DNA of 64,000 nucleotides from an uncultured virus (IMG/VR IMGVR_UViG_2061766007_000696) (taxonomy: Duplodnaviria; Heunggongvirae; Uroviricota; Caudoviricetes): the IMG/VR virus record IMGVR_UViG_2061766007_000696, one strand, 5' to 3'. The translations under genes were made by a program, and so were the position numbers. Below the pieces are notes generated by a model. The model was not told the DNA's origin, did no database searches, and saw nothing but the letters and a program-made list of their open reading frames with translations. Below, piece by piece: positions 1-11,347 of the stretch (positions are counted from its first letter, which is position 1; each line of letters opens with the position of its first letter).

Positions 1-186
1 TCGATTATATTTGCAAAATGGTTGATAAATATGAATCTGCTGGTGAGGATGAAAAGAATTATCCACCTTGCGAGATTGATAAGAAAACATCTTTTTTCTG
101 TAATTCATTATGTGGATATGGATATGAGAAATGTAAATATTATCGAGATTGGTGTGAACAAAATCTGACAGAAAAGGAGGACGAGG

Positions 187-537
187 ATGACTTATTCTGA
201 ACCTTTAATTTCAAAAGAAAAGTTTGTGTCAATCATTGACACTATCAGATACCGTGAGGAATTAGCTAGTAAGATTGATGATGTCTGTATTGAATATAGA
301 GCACTTCTCAAAGATGATTTACCGTATTCTGGAAATATCATCATTGGCGGTGCAGATGAAATAATTGAACTTCTTGGAATTATTATGAAAGATGAGGGTG
401 ATGATATTGGTTATTTCTGTTGGGAATTAAATTTTGGAAAAGATTATGAACCAGGATGTATTACACATAATGACAAAGAGATAGATATCAGTACAGCTGA
501 AAAACTTTATGATTATCTCGTAGAGGTTTATTTTTAA
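187..537 (+). CDS. hypothetical phage protein
   Basis: 116-aa ORF with SD (gagga), overlapping the upstream ORF. Confidence 0.6.
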   Translation: MTYSEPLISKEKFVSIIDTIRYREELASKIDDVCIEYRALLKDDLPYSGNIIIGGADEIIELLGIIMKDEGDDIGYFCWELNFGKDYEPGCITHNDKEIDISTAEKLYDYLVEVYF

Positions 538-745
538 TATGAGGAATATTGATTTTGAAAGAGATTTGGATTTGTTATATAAAACAAATCCTGAGAAATA
601 TCAACGTAAATTAGACACCATCAAAAGCAGCGGTTATAGGGTTTTTAGAAATGTGAATGGGGAACACATTGTAAAACAAGATGAGGATTTTATCTACAAA
701 GCTTTTGGTGGTGTTTTTGGAAAAATCTTTAAGGGGGAATAACGT

Positions 746-1357
746 ATGTCATGGTACACGAATTTCTATGTTTGTTATCAAACATCTGACGGAAAAATCT
801 ATCCGTATGGGCCATTTGATTATCAAGGCGATTTCAAATGTATTCATTATACTTCCCGTAGTTTTACAACAGATTTAAAAGAATATTTTGAGCCAGTATC
901 TAAAGATCAGGTTTCGCAAGAATTTATTGATGCAGTTTTCAATATTGAAATAGATGATGATTATGATTTATCTCAATATTGGGGTATTTGTCCTCTTGAT
1001 GCTTTGCCGAGTGGGGATTTTATAAAGATAGGTTATTATCTCATTGATGATATTCAAAAATATCAAGAGGATAATAGTACAGAGAATTTATTTTATGACC
1101 ATTTAGATCCTCTCACTTATAATATGAAATCTCAGAATGAATTAAAATTTGGCAAACCAACAGAAACTGAGGATGAATGGGGAAATAAATATATTCCGCA
1201 TAGCTGTGCTGATTATGCATTATTTTCTTATGCAGATTATGACTGTAAAGAATACGAGGTTCATAAGATAAAAACAATAGTCTATGGTATGTATGATACA
1301 TACGACAATAGTATTCCTAAAGATGCTAAGATTGTTATCTTTAAAACGGAGGGATAA
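746..1357 (+). CDS. hypothetical phage protein
   Basis: 203-aa ORF with gggg SD, in a co-directional array. Confidence 0.65.
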   Translation: MSWYTNFYVCYQTSDGKIYPYGPFDYQGDFKCIHYTSRSFTTDLKEYFEPVSKDQVSQEFIDAVFNIEIDDDYDLSQYWGICPLDALPSGDFIKIGYYLIDDIQKYQEDNSTENLFYDHLDPLTYNMKSQNELKFGKPTETEDEWGNKYIPHSCADYALFSYADYDCKEYEVHKIKTIVYGMYDTYDNSIPKDAKIVIFKTEG

Positions 1358-2122
1358 ATGTTCGTTCATTATATATTAAAAAGTATTAAGCACAGTGGAA
1401 GAAAAGGAATTCGCGGAACTGATTGTACTGATCCTAAGTATAAAGGCTTAGTAGGATATCAGTGCAGAATAAATGTGGATGACATTAAACAATTCAAGTC
1501 TTATCAGTTTGATATATTCAGTCCTATTTATGATTGGTGGCGTACATCTGAGGTATTACAAGTAGTTTGTTCTGTTAATAATGCCTCTTATCTTGAGATT
1601 GAAACTGTTAATGCAATATATACTTTTGAAAGGATAGAAAATGAAACCAAATAAAGGTGAGGAATATGATGTTAAAAAAGTTCCTTTTATTGCTGATATT
1701 CCTATCAATACAATTAAGTTAGAAATTATTTGTANNNNNNNNNNNNNNNNNNNNNNNTGTAAGATGGACACTAGTGATGTCAGAGAGGGTATGATCTCTG
1801 GTGAGGAATACGATTTTAATAATGCTGTGTATAAATTATCAGATGAATACATAAATGAGATGGATAATTAAATGATTATTGATAAAATAGGGGGTTAAAT
1901 ATGAATTGGACACCGTGTACTGAGGGATTTCCTGAGGATAATGAACCTTGTTTGATTACAATTTTCGGGAAAGATGATGGTGGTAAATTGGTCAATGCAG
2001 CTATGAGAAGAGATGGTAAATGGATACCAGAATATGATGAGGACGGACATTATGAAATAACTGCATGGATTAAATTTCCAGAACCATATTAAAAAAGTTT
2101 TGATAAAAGGGGGTGATGCCAT

Positions 2123-3142
2123 ATGGAGCAGTTCAAGATAACGAAGCCAGTTCGTTTGATAGAACTGTTTTCGGGAGTAGGAGCACAAGCTATGGCTCTC
2201 AAGAAATTAGGAGTGCCATTTGAAATGTGGAAAACATCTGACATCGACGTTAACGCAGTCAAAAGCTATAAAGCAATTCACTGTCCAGATGATAATACAG
2301 ATTATTCAGAAAAATTATCAAAGACAGATTTGGTAGATATTCTTTTTAAGATGGCTGTTTCATCTGATGGCAAAAGTCCTATGAAACTTGAACAGCTACA
2401 ACGTAAAGGGGAGAAGTGGCTGAGAGAAACATATAACAATTTTAAAGCGACACATAATCTTGGAAGCATAATGGGGATACATGCTGAGGATTTGAGAATC
2501 AACGAGAAGACACATACAAATATTATGACGTATAGTTTTCCTTGTACTGATCTTTCACTTGCTGGATTACAAAAAGGAATGGATCGTGATAGTGGAACAG
2601 CTTCATCATTACTTTGGCAGGTAGAACGTATATTAAAAGNNNNNNNNNNNNNNNNNNNNNNCAAATTATGGTTATGGAAAATGTTCCAGCGGTTCATGGT
2701 ACTAAAAATATTGATAATTGGAATACCTGGTTGCAGTTTTTATCTGATTTAGGATATTCAAATTATTACGAAGATTTAGAAGCTAAAGATTATGGTATTC
2801 CACAGACACGAAATAGATGTTTCCTCGTAAGTATTCTCGGTAATTATTCTTATAATTTTCCAGAACCTATTGAATTAAAATATATTTTTAAAGATTATCT
2901 TGAAGAANNNNNNNNNNNNNNNNNNNNNNNNNNNNNAAGCTACAAAACTTATAAATGATTTTATTCAGAAAAAACAAATTAGTGGCAAACAAACAACAAT
3001 ATCCATGAGAGGAATTTGTAATCATAAATATGAGGTAAGCGGAAAACCAATTGATGTTGCTCATACACTTATGGCTCNNNNNNNNNNNNNNNNNNNNNNN
3101 NNNNNNNNNNNNNNNNNNNNNNNNNNAGAGGAATGTCAGTAA
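2123..3142 (+). CDS. dcm: C5-cytosine DNA methyltransferase, N-terminal part (motifs I-VIII); frame changes fall at N gaps
   Basis: LIELFSGVGA (motif I), SFPCTDLS (catalytic PC), MENV, PQTRNR spread over ORFs 2123-2752, 2614-2958 and 2900-3142. Confidence 0.85.
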
Positions 3143-4554
3143 TAGACTTAACTAATCAAAGATTTGGGAAATTAGTAGTAATAAAAAGAGCACCAGATAA
3201 AATATGTAAAAATGGGGAAAAACTTGTTTGTTGGGAATGTAAATGTGATTGTGGTAATACAAAAATATATACTCGAAGAGATTTAAGAAGTGGACATGTT
3301 CAATCNNNNNNNNNNNNNNNNNNNNNNNNNNNNNNNNNNNNNNNNNNNNNNNNNNNNNNNNNNNNNNNNNNNNNNNNNNNNNNNNNNNNNNNNNNNNNNN
3401 NNNNNNNNNNNNNNNNNNNNNNNNNNNNNNNNNNNNNNNNNNNNNNNNNNNNNNNNNNNNNNNNNNNNNNNNNNNNNNNNNNNNNNNNNNNNNNNNNNNN
3501 NNNNNNNNNNNNNNNNNNNNNNNNNNNNNNNNNNNNNNNNNNNNNNNNNNNNNNNNNNNNNNNNNNNNNNNNNNNNNNNNNNNNNNNNNNNNNNNNNNNN
3601 NNNNNNNNNNNNNNNNNNNNNNNNNNNNGTACTAATCAAGAAAACTCAATGAATCATGAAATATCCATAACAAATACAAGTGGAACAACTGGTGTATGGT
3701 GGAGTAAGAGGCGTAATAAATGGTGGGCAGGAATATATAAAGATGGGGAATATATTCATTTNNNNNNNNNNNNNNNNNNNNNNNNNNATGCTATTATTGC
3801 GCGTAAAATTGCTGAGAAAAAATATTTCGGTGAATTTGCCATAGATAATGAAAATAGTGATATTTCAAAAGATAGTACTGAATATCAAAATTATATTACT
3901 CATCAAAAAGAAAAGACATTAATACCTCAAAGATTAGGAGATATCGGGGCTTATAGAGTTTATTCTTCTGATGGAATTAGTTTAGAAATTGGTTCATATT
4001 TTGCTTCTGGAGGACAACCACTTTATTTACTTAAAGAGGAAAATATTATGAATGAAGATAAGACATGTAATCGTATAGGTAATTTATCTGGGTTTTCTGG
4101 TGGCAGTTATGCTGGACAAGTATATGATTCTGAAGGTGTTGCTCCTACTATAACAAGGTGCGGAGATGGAGGTGGAAGAATGCCCCATGTAATAGAAAAA
4201 CATGCCTGTGCTATGAGAGGTAGACAACATGAAGAAAACGGTGAATATATTCAAGAACTTGAAGTGAATGGCTCTGAAACAAGTAATAGTATTACAACTG
4301 TTCAAAAAGATTCTATGATTATGGAAGTTGGAGAAGTATACAAAATTAGACGTACGACACCTAAAGAATGTTATCGCCTTATGGGAATGACTGATGAGGA
4401 TTATGAAAAAGCAGCAGAAGTTAATTCTGCCACGCAGCTCTATAAACAAGCAGGAAACAGTATTTGTGTGAATGTATTAGTAGCCATCTTCGGACAAATG
4501 TTTGAAGGTCATGAAGATGACTATAAAAAATTTGCTAATGATATACAATATTAA
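3133..4554 (+). CDS. HNH/AP2-type endonuclease region read in frame with the C-terminal part of the C5-MTase (possible separate start at 4048)
   Basis: DLTNQRFGKL..WECKCDCG and NTSGTTGVWW..AIIARK..AEKKYFGEFA (AP2), then RRTTPKECYRLMG..LYKQAGNSI (MTase motifs IX-X). Confidence 0.75.
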   Translation: MSVIDLTNQRFGKLVVIKRAPDKICKNGEKLVCWECKCDCGNTKIYTRRDLRSGHVQXXXXXXXXXXXXXXXXXXXXXXXXXXXXXXXXXXXXXXXXXXXXXXXXXXXXXXXXXXXXXXXXXXXXXXXXXXXXXXXXXXXXXXXXXXXXXXXXXXXXXXXXXXXXXTNQENSMNHEISITNTSGTTGVWWSKRRNKWWAGIYKDGEYIHXXXXXXXXXXAIIARKIAEKKYFGEFAIDNENSDISKDSTEYQNYITHQKEKTLIPQRLGDIGAYRVYSSDGISLEIGSYFASGGQPLYLLKEENIMNEDKTCNRIGNLSGFSGGSYAGQVYDSEGVAPTITRCGDGGGRMPHVIEKHACAMRGRQHEENGEYIQELEVNGSETSNSITTVQKDSMIMEVGEVYKIRRTTPKECYRLMGMTDEDYEKAAEVNSATQLYKQAGNSICVNVLVAIFGQMFEGHEDDYKKFANDIQY

Positions 4555-4566
4555 ACGGAGAATATT

Positions 4567-5247
4567 ATGGGGGAGAAAAATATTCGTGTTCTCGTTTGTT
4601 GCGAGGAATCTCAGGTTATCACAAAAGCGTTTCGTGAATTAGGGGTAGAAGCGTATTCATGTGATATTATCGACTGTTCTGGTGGTCATCCTGAGTGGCA
4701 TATAAAACAAGATGTTATTCCATTACTAAATGGAAATTGTGAGTTTCAAACTTGTGACGGTGAAACACATAAGATTGATGGAAAATGGAATTTATTAATT
4801 TGTCATCCAGTCTGCCAATTTCTTACCATAACTGGTAATCGTTGGTTTAATGTAGAACGTTATGGGGACAAAGCAAGAGAACGTATTAAAAAACGTGAAG
4901 AAGCAGCAGAATTCTTTATGAAATTTGCAAATGCTGATTGTGATCATATATTAATCGAGAATCCTGTGGGCTTCATGAATACTTATTATAGAAAACCCGA
5001 TCAGATAATTCAGCCGTGGATGTTCCCACCTGATGTTGAGGCTAAACAGACATGTCTTTGGTTAAAGGGATTACCTAAATTAATTCCGGGTAGAACAGAA
5101 GCACCAGAAGTTGAATATTATGAATGGGTTAGTAAAAAGGGTATNNNNNNNNNNNNNNNNNNNNNNNNNNNNNNNNNNNNNNNNNNNNNNNNNNNNNNNN
5201 NNNNNNNNNNNNACTCAATATACAGAATATTTAAGGGGGCTAAATGA
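4567..5247 (+). CDS. phage C5-cytosine methyltransferase-like protein
   Basis: VLVCCEESQ, CHPVC, IENPVG, KQTCLWLKGLP motifs. Confidence 0.75.
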   Translation: MGEKNIRVLVCCEESQVITKAFRELGVEAYSCDIIDCSGGHPEWHIKQDVIPLLNGNCEFQTCDGETHKIDGKWNLLICHPVCQFLTITGNRWFNVERYGDKARERIKKREEAAEFFMKFANADCDHILIENPVGFMNTYYRKPDQIIQPWMFPPDVEAKQTCLWLKGLPKLIPGRTEAPEVEYYEWVSKKGXXXXXXXXXXXXXXXXXXXXXXXXSIYRIFKGAK

Positions 5248-5822
5248 ATAATGAGATATGGAAATATATAGAGGGTTCAGATAATTGTTACGTAAGTAAT
5301 ACTGGAAAAATAAAACAAGGCGATAAAGAATTACCTTTCAAATATGAAAAAACAAATGGATATTATAGATGTGTTATTCCGGGAATTGGCAGAGAACGAG
5401 TTCATAGAGTAGTTGCAAAAGCATTTATAGATAATCTTGAAAACAAAAAATATGTTGATCATATTGATGGATGTAAGACAAATAATAATGCCTCTAATCT
5501 TCGTTACGTAACAAATAGTGAAAACCTTTCAGCTGCTGGAAAACAAGGACTAATTAAAGTTACAACTCACGATAAAATAGATGGAAAACAACCAGTATTG
5601 GGGGTCGAAATTAATACAAAAAGATTTAAAGTTTTTGAATCAGAAAAAGATGCCTCAGAATATATTGGTGGGGATAAAAGCGGAACAGGTGTTGCTCGTT
5701 CAATAACACAAGGACGAATTACAAAAGGCTGGTTATTTTCTAAAATAGACTTGAGCGAAAAAATAAAAGAAATGCTTTCTATTATTGAAAATAAAATTAT
5801 TATAGATGAAGTAAAGGACTAA
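5244..5822 (+). CDS. NUMOD4/HNH homing endonuclease
   Basis: EIWKYI..YVSNTG, VHRVVAKAF, VDHIDGCKTNNNASNL. Confidence 0.9.
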   Translation: MNNEIWKYIEGSDNCYVSNTGKIKQGDKELPFKYEKTNGYYRCVIPGIGRERVHRVVAKAFIDNLENKKYVDHIDGCKTNNNASNLRYVTNSENLSAAGKQGLIKVTTHDKIDGKQPVLGVEINTKRFKVFESEKDASEYIGGDKSGTGVARSITQGRITKGWLFSKIDLSEKIKEMLSIIENKIIIDEVKD

Positions 5823-6952
5823 ATAATGAAATTTGTACTTAATGGATGTGATATTGAATTTATAGCAGAAGNNNNNNNNNNNNNNNNNNNTTATAGAACA
5901 ATTAGATAAATTAATTCCTGATTATTGTGCATGTGGAATCTGTTCTTTAAATTATAAAAATTATAATGAAAATGATCCATCTGAAATAAAAATTGGATAT
6001 GACAGTATTAAGATTATTCAGAAAGATGTTCCTTGTAAAATTAAAGAATATCCTAAAATTAAAATAATCAAATGATTGAAGAGTACGTTAGTGAACATTT
6101 TTATACGGAACATTTTAAAGATAAATATAATTAAGTAGAAATCATGATNNNNNNNNNNNNNNNNNNNNNNNNNNNNNNNNNNNNNNNNNNNNNNNNNNNN
6201 NNNNNNNNNNNNNNNNNNNNNNNNNNNNNNNNNNNNNNNNNNNNNNNNNNNNNNNNNNNNNNNNNNNNNNNNNNNNNNNNNNNNNNNNNNNNNNNNNNNN
6301 NNNNNNNNNNNNNNNNNNNNNNNNNNNNNNNNNNNNNNNNNNNNNNNNNNNNNNNNNNNNNNNNNNNNNNNNNNNNNNNNNNNNNNNNNNNNNNNNNNNN
6401 NNNNNNNNNNNNNNNNNNNNNNNNNNNNNNNNNNNNNNNNNNNNNNNNNNNNNNNNNNNNNNNNNNNNNNNNNNNNNNNNNNNNNNNNNNNNNNNNNNNN
6501 NNNNNNNNNNNNNNNNNNNNNNNNNNNNNNNNNNNNNNNNNNNNNNNNNNNNNNNNNNNNNNNNNNNNNNNNNNNNNNNNNNNNNATTTGGCAAAGGCAA
6601 GGTTGTCATTGTGAGGATTGGTGGAGAGAGGAGTATAAGGAATGACTAATAAAGAAAAATTTAAAGAGGTATTTGGTATTGAACCAGATACAGATACTGT
6701 TCCTATTCGTTGTGAGGATTGTAAATATTTTGAGAGTGTTCATTGTTCTGTCGATGGTATTTGTGAAAGTTGGTGGAATGAAGAATATGAAAGTGCAAAA
6801 ATTACACCAATTAAAGAATATAAAAGTGCAAAACCTACACCAATCAATCAAGATGCGCCAAGTATTGTCAATATTTTTTCTTGTCCTCATTATTTACCTT
6901 GCGGTTGGTGTGATAAAAGAGATGTGTTGTGTAATCAAATAGGGGGAAAAAT

Positions 6953-7200
6953 ATGAAAAAATTTTTAGCAATAGCTTTAACAATTTTAACAATGAGTCAG
7001 CTTACAGGATGTGCCTCTTGTGAAAGAGGATGGGTTGATTTTAAAAGTGACATAGGTGGTGGACTTAATAGAACTATAAATGTTTATACCGCTGATGGGG
7101 AGTTGTTGGCTCAATATAAGGGAAGAATAGATCTTGAGATGACAGAAGGTGGTTATNNNNNNNNNNNNNNNNNNNNNNNNNNNNNNNNNNNNNNNNNNNN
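6953..7200 (+). CDS. putative lipoprotein (3' end in gap)
   Basis: signal peptide with LTGC lipobox. Confidence 0.55.
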
Positions 7201-7385
7201 NNNNNNNNNNNNNNNNNNNNNNNNNNNNNNNNNNNNNNNNNNNNTCAAAAAAGACAGACTTAATTCACTTAAGAATTCGCCCAAGAACATTAAGTGTCCG
7301 GGTGTAGTAAAAAGACTAACTCGTGAAATAAGAAATCTTGAAGAAAAGGTGCAATTAAAATGACAAAAACTGAAGAGGTAACGCT

Positions 7386-7724
7386 ATGACAAATTGCCCC
7401 AATTGCGGTGCTCCTCTTGAGCCATATTCTTGGAAATGTGCTTATTGCGGAACATGTTATTTTGATTTAGATGCTTGGAATTTAGAGCATGGAAAACCTA
7501 CATATGTAAAGTTCAAAACTTCTCAAGGAGTGATAACCGCTTTAGCTAGACCTACAATTGAAACAGTAGAAGTTAGTTCAGATTATTCTTATATTACTGA
7601 TAATCACAGTAATATTATCAAATCTTATATCACAAATAGAACATGTGATATCAATGTAAAGTTTTCTTGTTACGAGAATCCAAAAAATAAAGCATTATTT
7701 CAAATAGATACAAGAGAAAAATAA
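7386..7724 (+). CDS. zinc-ribbon protein
   Basis: CPNC...CAYC at the N-terminus. Confidence 0.6.
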   Translation: MTNCPNCGAPLEPYSWKCAYCGTCYFDLDAWNLEHGKPTYVKFKTSQGVITALARPTIETVEVSSDYSYITDNHSNIIKSYITNRTCDINVKFSCYENPKNKALFQIDTREK

Positions 7725-7779
7725 TAAATGAATTAAAAATTGATTTCATNNNNNNNNNNNNNNNNNNNNNNNNNNNNTT

Positions 7780-8328
7780 AAGGGATTAGGAGCTAGTAAT
7801 CACTGTTCTGAAGAAAGACAAATAAATGATTATTATGCTACTCCAAGAGTAGCAGTAGAAAAACTCTTAGAAAAAGAATCCTTTTCTCATGAAATTCTTG
7901 AACCTGCATGTGGGGAATTACATATATCAAAAGTGTTAGAAGAATACGGATATGAAGTTGAGTCTTCAGATATTNNNNNNNNNNNNNNNNNNNNNNNNNN
8001 NNNNTCTCGCAGAGAGAGAGAGAGAGAGAGTAATCAAAAAGATATAATTACTAACCCACCGTATTCTCTAGCTTATGAATTTGTTGAACATGCTTTAGAC
8101 ATATCAAAAGATGGTGTTAAAGTGGCAATGCTTTTGAAAATACAATTCCTTGAAGGGAAGAAACGTAGGCAGTTATTTGAAAAGTATCCACCAAAATATG
8201 TATATGTCTTTTCTGAAAGAATTGAGTGTGGAAAAAATGGGATATTTACTGGAGGTAGTGCTGTAGCGTATTGCTGGTTTATATGGGAGAAAGGTGAAAA
8301 AAGTGAACCAATTATAAGATGGTTATGA
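7780..8328 (+). CDS. N6-adenine/N4-cytosine DNA methyltransferase (5' end in gap)
   Basis: DYYATP, LEPACG read upstream of 7933, and ITNPPY. Confidence 0.8.
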   Translation, partial: KGLGASNHCSEERQINDYYATPRVAVEKLLEKESFSHEILEPACGELHISKVLEEYGYEVESSDIXXXXXXXXXXSRRERERESNQKDIITNPPYSLAYEFVEHALDISKDGVKVAMLLKIQFLEGKKRRQLFEKYPPKYVYVFSERIECGKNGIFTGGSAVAYCWFIWEKGEKSEPIIRWL

Positions 8329-8345
8329 GGGGGAAAATTAAATAT

Positions 8346-9029
8346 ATGACATTATTGGAATTATATGCTGGGACGGAGTGTATATCAAATGAATTCCGAA
8401 AACATGGTGTAGAGTGTTTTACTATTGATTGGAATGAAAATTTTCCAAGCTCTATGCATTGTGATATTGGCAAATTAGAATTAAAAGATTTACCCGAGAA
8501 ATTTAGACATCCAGATATTTGCTGGATTTCACCTGAATGTCGCTCGTATAGCCTTGCGGCAATTAGTAAACATCGTATTAAAAATCCTGAAACAGGAAAT
8601 CTTGATCCTATTTCGGATTATGCAAAAGAGTGTGATGAAACTAATCAGCACACACTTGAACTTCTTAAACAATTAAATCCAAAAGTATGGTGGATTGAAA
8701 ATCCAAGGGCTTGTTTTCAAAACATGATATGGATGAAACCATACGATAAATACAAACATCTCATTACCTATTGTAAATACATGCAAGATGAACCTTATGA
8801 AATGAGGCGTATGAAACCTACAAATCTTTGGACAAATATCCCAAATCCTGAATTATTACCGCCATGTAAAAATATGGCTTATGATTGCCATCCACCAGCA
8901 CCAAGAGGAAGTAGAACATATGGAACACAAGCTATGAAGGGACATAAGGAACGTTCGACATATCCTAAAGAATTATGTGAGGCAATAGTTAATATAACTT
9001 TTGATTATCTTAATAAGGTGGATTATTAA
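8346..9029 (+). CDS. C5-cytosine DNA methyltransferase-like protein
   Basis: LLELYAG, SPEC, IENP, KPTNLWTN. Confidence 0.8.
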   Translation: MTLLELYAGTECISNEFRKHGVECFTIDWNENFPSSMHCDIGKLELKDLPEKFRHPDICWISPECRSYSLAAISKHRIKNPETGNLDPISDYAKECDETNQHTLELLKQLNPKVWWIENPRACFQNMIWMKPYDKYKHLITYCKYMQDEPYEMRRMKPTNLWTNIPNPELLPPCKNMAYDCHPPAPRGSRTYGTQAMKGHKERSTYPKELCEAIVNITFDYLNKVDY

Positions 9030-9031
9030 AT

Positions 9032-9880
9032 ATGAAATATTGTGGTGCGAAAACACGAATAGCAAAACAGATTGTTCCAATAATACAATCTTACATANNN
9101 NNNNNNNNNNNNNNNNNNNNNNNNNNNNNNNNNNNNNNNNNNNNNNNNNNNNNNNNNNNNNNNNNNNNNNNNGTTGGTTCTGATTTAAATAAATATCTGA
9201 TTGCTTTACATAAACATGTACAAGCAGATTTACCATTGTATGATATAGTTCCAAAAGATTTATATGACAAAGCAAAAGTTGCATGGTATAAGGATGATAT
9301 TTCAGAATTTGAGGAATGGCAGTTGGGATGTATAGGATTTCTTGCGAGTTTTAATGGTAAAGGTTTTCAGGGTGGATTTGCAAAACCGGGATACGAAAAA
9401 ACAACAAATGGTGAAAGATACAGAGATTATTATAGAGAATCAAAGGATAATCTTTTAAAACAAGCACAACAACCTTTATATAAAGATATACATTTCAAGT
9501 GTCATGATTACAGAGATTATAATCCTAAAGGTTATGTAATTTATTGTGATCCACCATATGCTCAAACTACTCAATATTCAAATTCAAAAAGTTTTGATTA
9601 TGATGAGTTTTGGGAATGGTGTAGAAAACAGTCAGAAAGAAATATCATTCTTATTTCAGAACTGCAAGCGCCAGATGATTTTGATGTAATATGGGAGGGT
9701 TCTGTAAGTCGTAGTCTTAATGCTAGNNNNNNNNNNNNNNNNNNNNNNNNNNNNNNNNNNNNNNNNNNNNNNNNNNNNNNNNNNNNNNNNNNNNNNNNNN
9801 NNNNNNNNNNNNNNNNNNNNNTTCAGCAATCGAAGCTTACAAAGCCGAAAATGATTGTGCTAAAGTGTACATTTTCATGA
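9032..9880 (+). CDS. dam: Dam-like DNA adenine methyltransferase (3' end uncertain)
   Basis: MKYCGAKTRIA, GSDLN, IYCDPPY. Confidence 0.85.
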   Translation: MKYCGAKTRIAKQIVPIIQSYIXXXXXXXXXXXXXXXXXXXXXXXXXVGSDLNKYLIALHKHVQADLPLYDIVPKDLYDKAKVAWYKDDISEFEEWQLGCIGFLASFNGKGFQGGFAKPGYEKTTNGERYRDYYRESKDNLLKQAQQPLYKDIHFKCHDYRDYNPKGYVIYCDPPYAQTTQYSNSKSFDYDEFWEWCRKQSERNIILISELQAPDDFDVIWEGSVSRSLNAXXXXXXXXXXXXXXXXXXXXXXXXXXXXXXXXXQQSKLTKPKMIVLKCTFS

Positions 9881-10015
9881 ATAAAGAAACAGCTGAAGTA
9901 TTAACTTTGTCACATGATTTTAATTTTGCTGATTGGAGNNNNNNNNNNNNNNNNNNTGACGACAATCTTAAGTTTGGAGAAGTCGTTATTAGATAAATAT
10001 AAGGAGGAAAACAAT

Positions 10016-10519
10016 ATGAATCTTTCAGCACCATGGTACATTTATTATCAAAAACTTCTTCAGCTTTTTGGGGATGATCCTGAAATTGATATGCTGATTA
10101 AGGATGAAAACAACTTCATAATATATGTAGAAAATGTAGAAAAGGCTAATGCTTTATCAAAGCTGCTTCCACCGACAAAAACTTTTGGCAACGTAGAAGT
10201 GAATATTACTATTGTACCTGCTAATAAGGACGAACAGGATATTCTTGATGTTTTTGAAGATGCATTTAAGGATAATCCTAACTTTGTAAAAACAGAATCA
10301 TTTTTGACTCCAAGAGGAGATTCTATAAAGGCTGTTGTGATGGCTAAGAAAGTTGCTCAGTATTATAGCGATGATATTAAAAAGCCAAGCGGATATACAA
10401 GTGCTCTCTTTGAAGATATTGCAAGAGATGTTTNNNNNNNNNNNNNNNNNNCTGGACCAATGTTGAGGTTAATAAGGAGGACTGATTATGAGCAGACAAA
10501 CAGCAACTGCAAGTGCTAG
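10016..10519 (+). CDS. conserved hypothetical phage protein
   Basis: ORF MNLSAPW... preceded by aaggagg SD. Confidence 0.6.
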   Translation: MNLSAPWYIYYQKLLQLFGDDPEIDMLIKDENNFIIYVENVEKANALSKLLPPTKTFGNVEVNITIVPANKDEQDILDVFEDAFKDNPNFVKTESFLTPRGDSIKAVVMAKKVAQYYSDDIKKPSGYTSALFEDIARDVXXXXXXXGPMLRLIRRTDYEQTNSNCKC

Positions 10520-10680
10520 TGGAGGAATAGGTTTCTTTGGACTTTTAACAATAGTATTTATTGTTTTAAAACTTCTTGGTGTAATAACATGGTCTTGGGT
10601 ATGGGTATTATCTCCTTTATGGATNNNNNNNNNNNNNNNNNNNNNNNNNNNNNNNNNNNNNNNNNNNNNNNNNNNNNNNN
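10488..10680 (+). CDS. small membrane protein (3' end in gap)
   Basis: GGIGFFGLLTIVFIVLKLLGVITWSWVWVLSPLW hydrophobic segment. Confidence 0.65.
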
Positions 10681-10738
10681 NNNNNNNNNNNNNNNNNNNN
10701 NNNNNNNNNNNNNNNNNNNNNNNNNNNNNNNNNNNNNN

Positions 10739-11150
10739 AATTTCCGACAGTTTATGTAAAAGACTCGAAAAAATAATAAAAGCAACAAAAGCTAAGGTGG
10801 TACTTACATCATCCTGGAAAGATAATTCAAGTCCTCAAGACCTTGCTTATATGAAAAAGCGGTTAAATAGGCATTTAGCTTTACCGATTGGACAGACTTT
10901 TGAGAAAAGACCGGGACTTAGAGGAACAGGAATTAATGATTATCTTAAGGATCATCCGTGTGATGAGTTTGTAATTCTTGATGATTTTGACTTTAATTTT
11001 TATGAGGAAGGATTGTGGGAACATGTTGTTCTTACAGACCCCGTTGTGGGACTTACAAATGACGATGTGGATGATGCTATAAAGATACTTAATGGTGATT
11101 TATCAACGCATGAACACACAAGGCTTGAGGGCTGGGGATATCACAGATGA
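10739..11150 (+). CDS. HAD-family phosphatase of the RNA-repair (Swiss Army Knife HAD) type (5' end in gap)
   Basis: VVLTSSWK, RGTGI, FVILDD, TDPVVGLT. Confidence 0.7.
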
Positions 11151-11175
11151 TTATTAAAAAAGTATAAATTACACA

Positions 11176-11204
11176 TTGAATATTAAACAAACAAATGATA
11201 TAAT
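11176..11204 (+). promoter_or_regulatory. sigma-A type promoter driving ncRNA cluster 1
   Basis: TTGAAT-17-TATAAT, followed by AAAAACAT as in the promoter at 33809. Confidence 0.75.
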
Positions 11205-11235
11205 AAAAACATGTCAAAGATATCTCTGTTGAAAT

Positions 11236-11311
11236 AGACGTAGAGTTTTAAGATAGTTCTTCACCTCCGTAATAAATGGAGAAAGTAGGGTGCAAATCCC
11301 TACCTACGTCT
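11236..11311 (+). ncRNA. tRNA-like RNA with non-canonical 9-nt anticodon loop
   Basis: AGACGTAG/CTACGTCT acceptor, CTCC-gtaataaat-GGAG stem, GTAGGG-TGCAAAT-CCCTAC T arm. Confidence 0.65.
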
Positions 11312-11347
11312 TTTCCCTCGTAGAGGGAGTCTGATTAAAAGGACGGT

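Noticed and set aside
6784..6850. 33-bp tandem duplication (EYESAKITPIK/EYKSAKPTPIN)
   Set aside because: A simple in-frame duplication with only two copies.
8011..8029. (GA)n microsatellite inside an MTase as a phase-variation switch
   Set aside because: It abuts an N gap, so its length and frame cannot be trusted.
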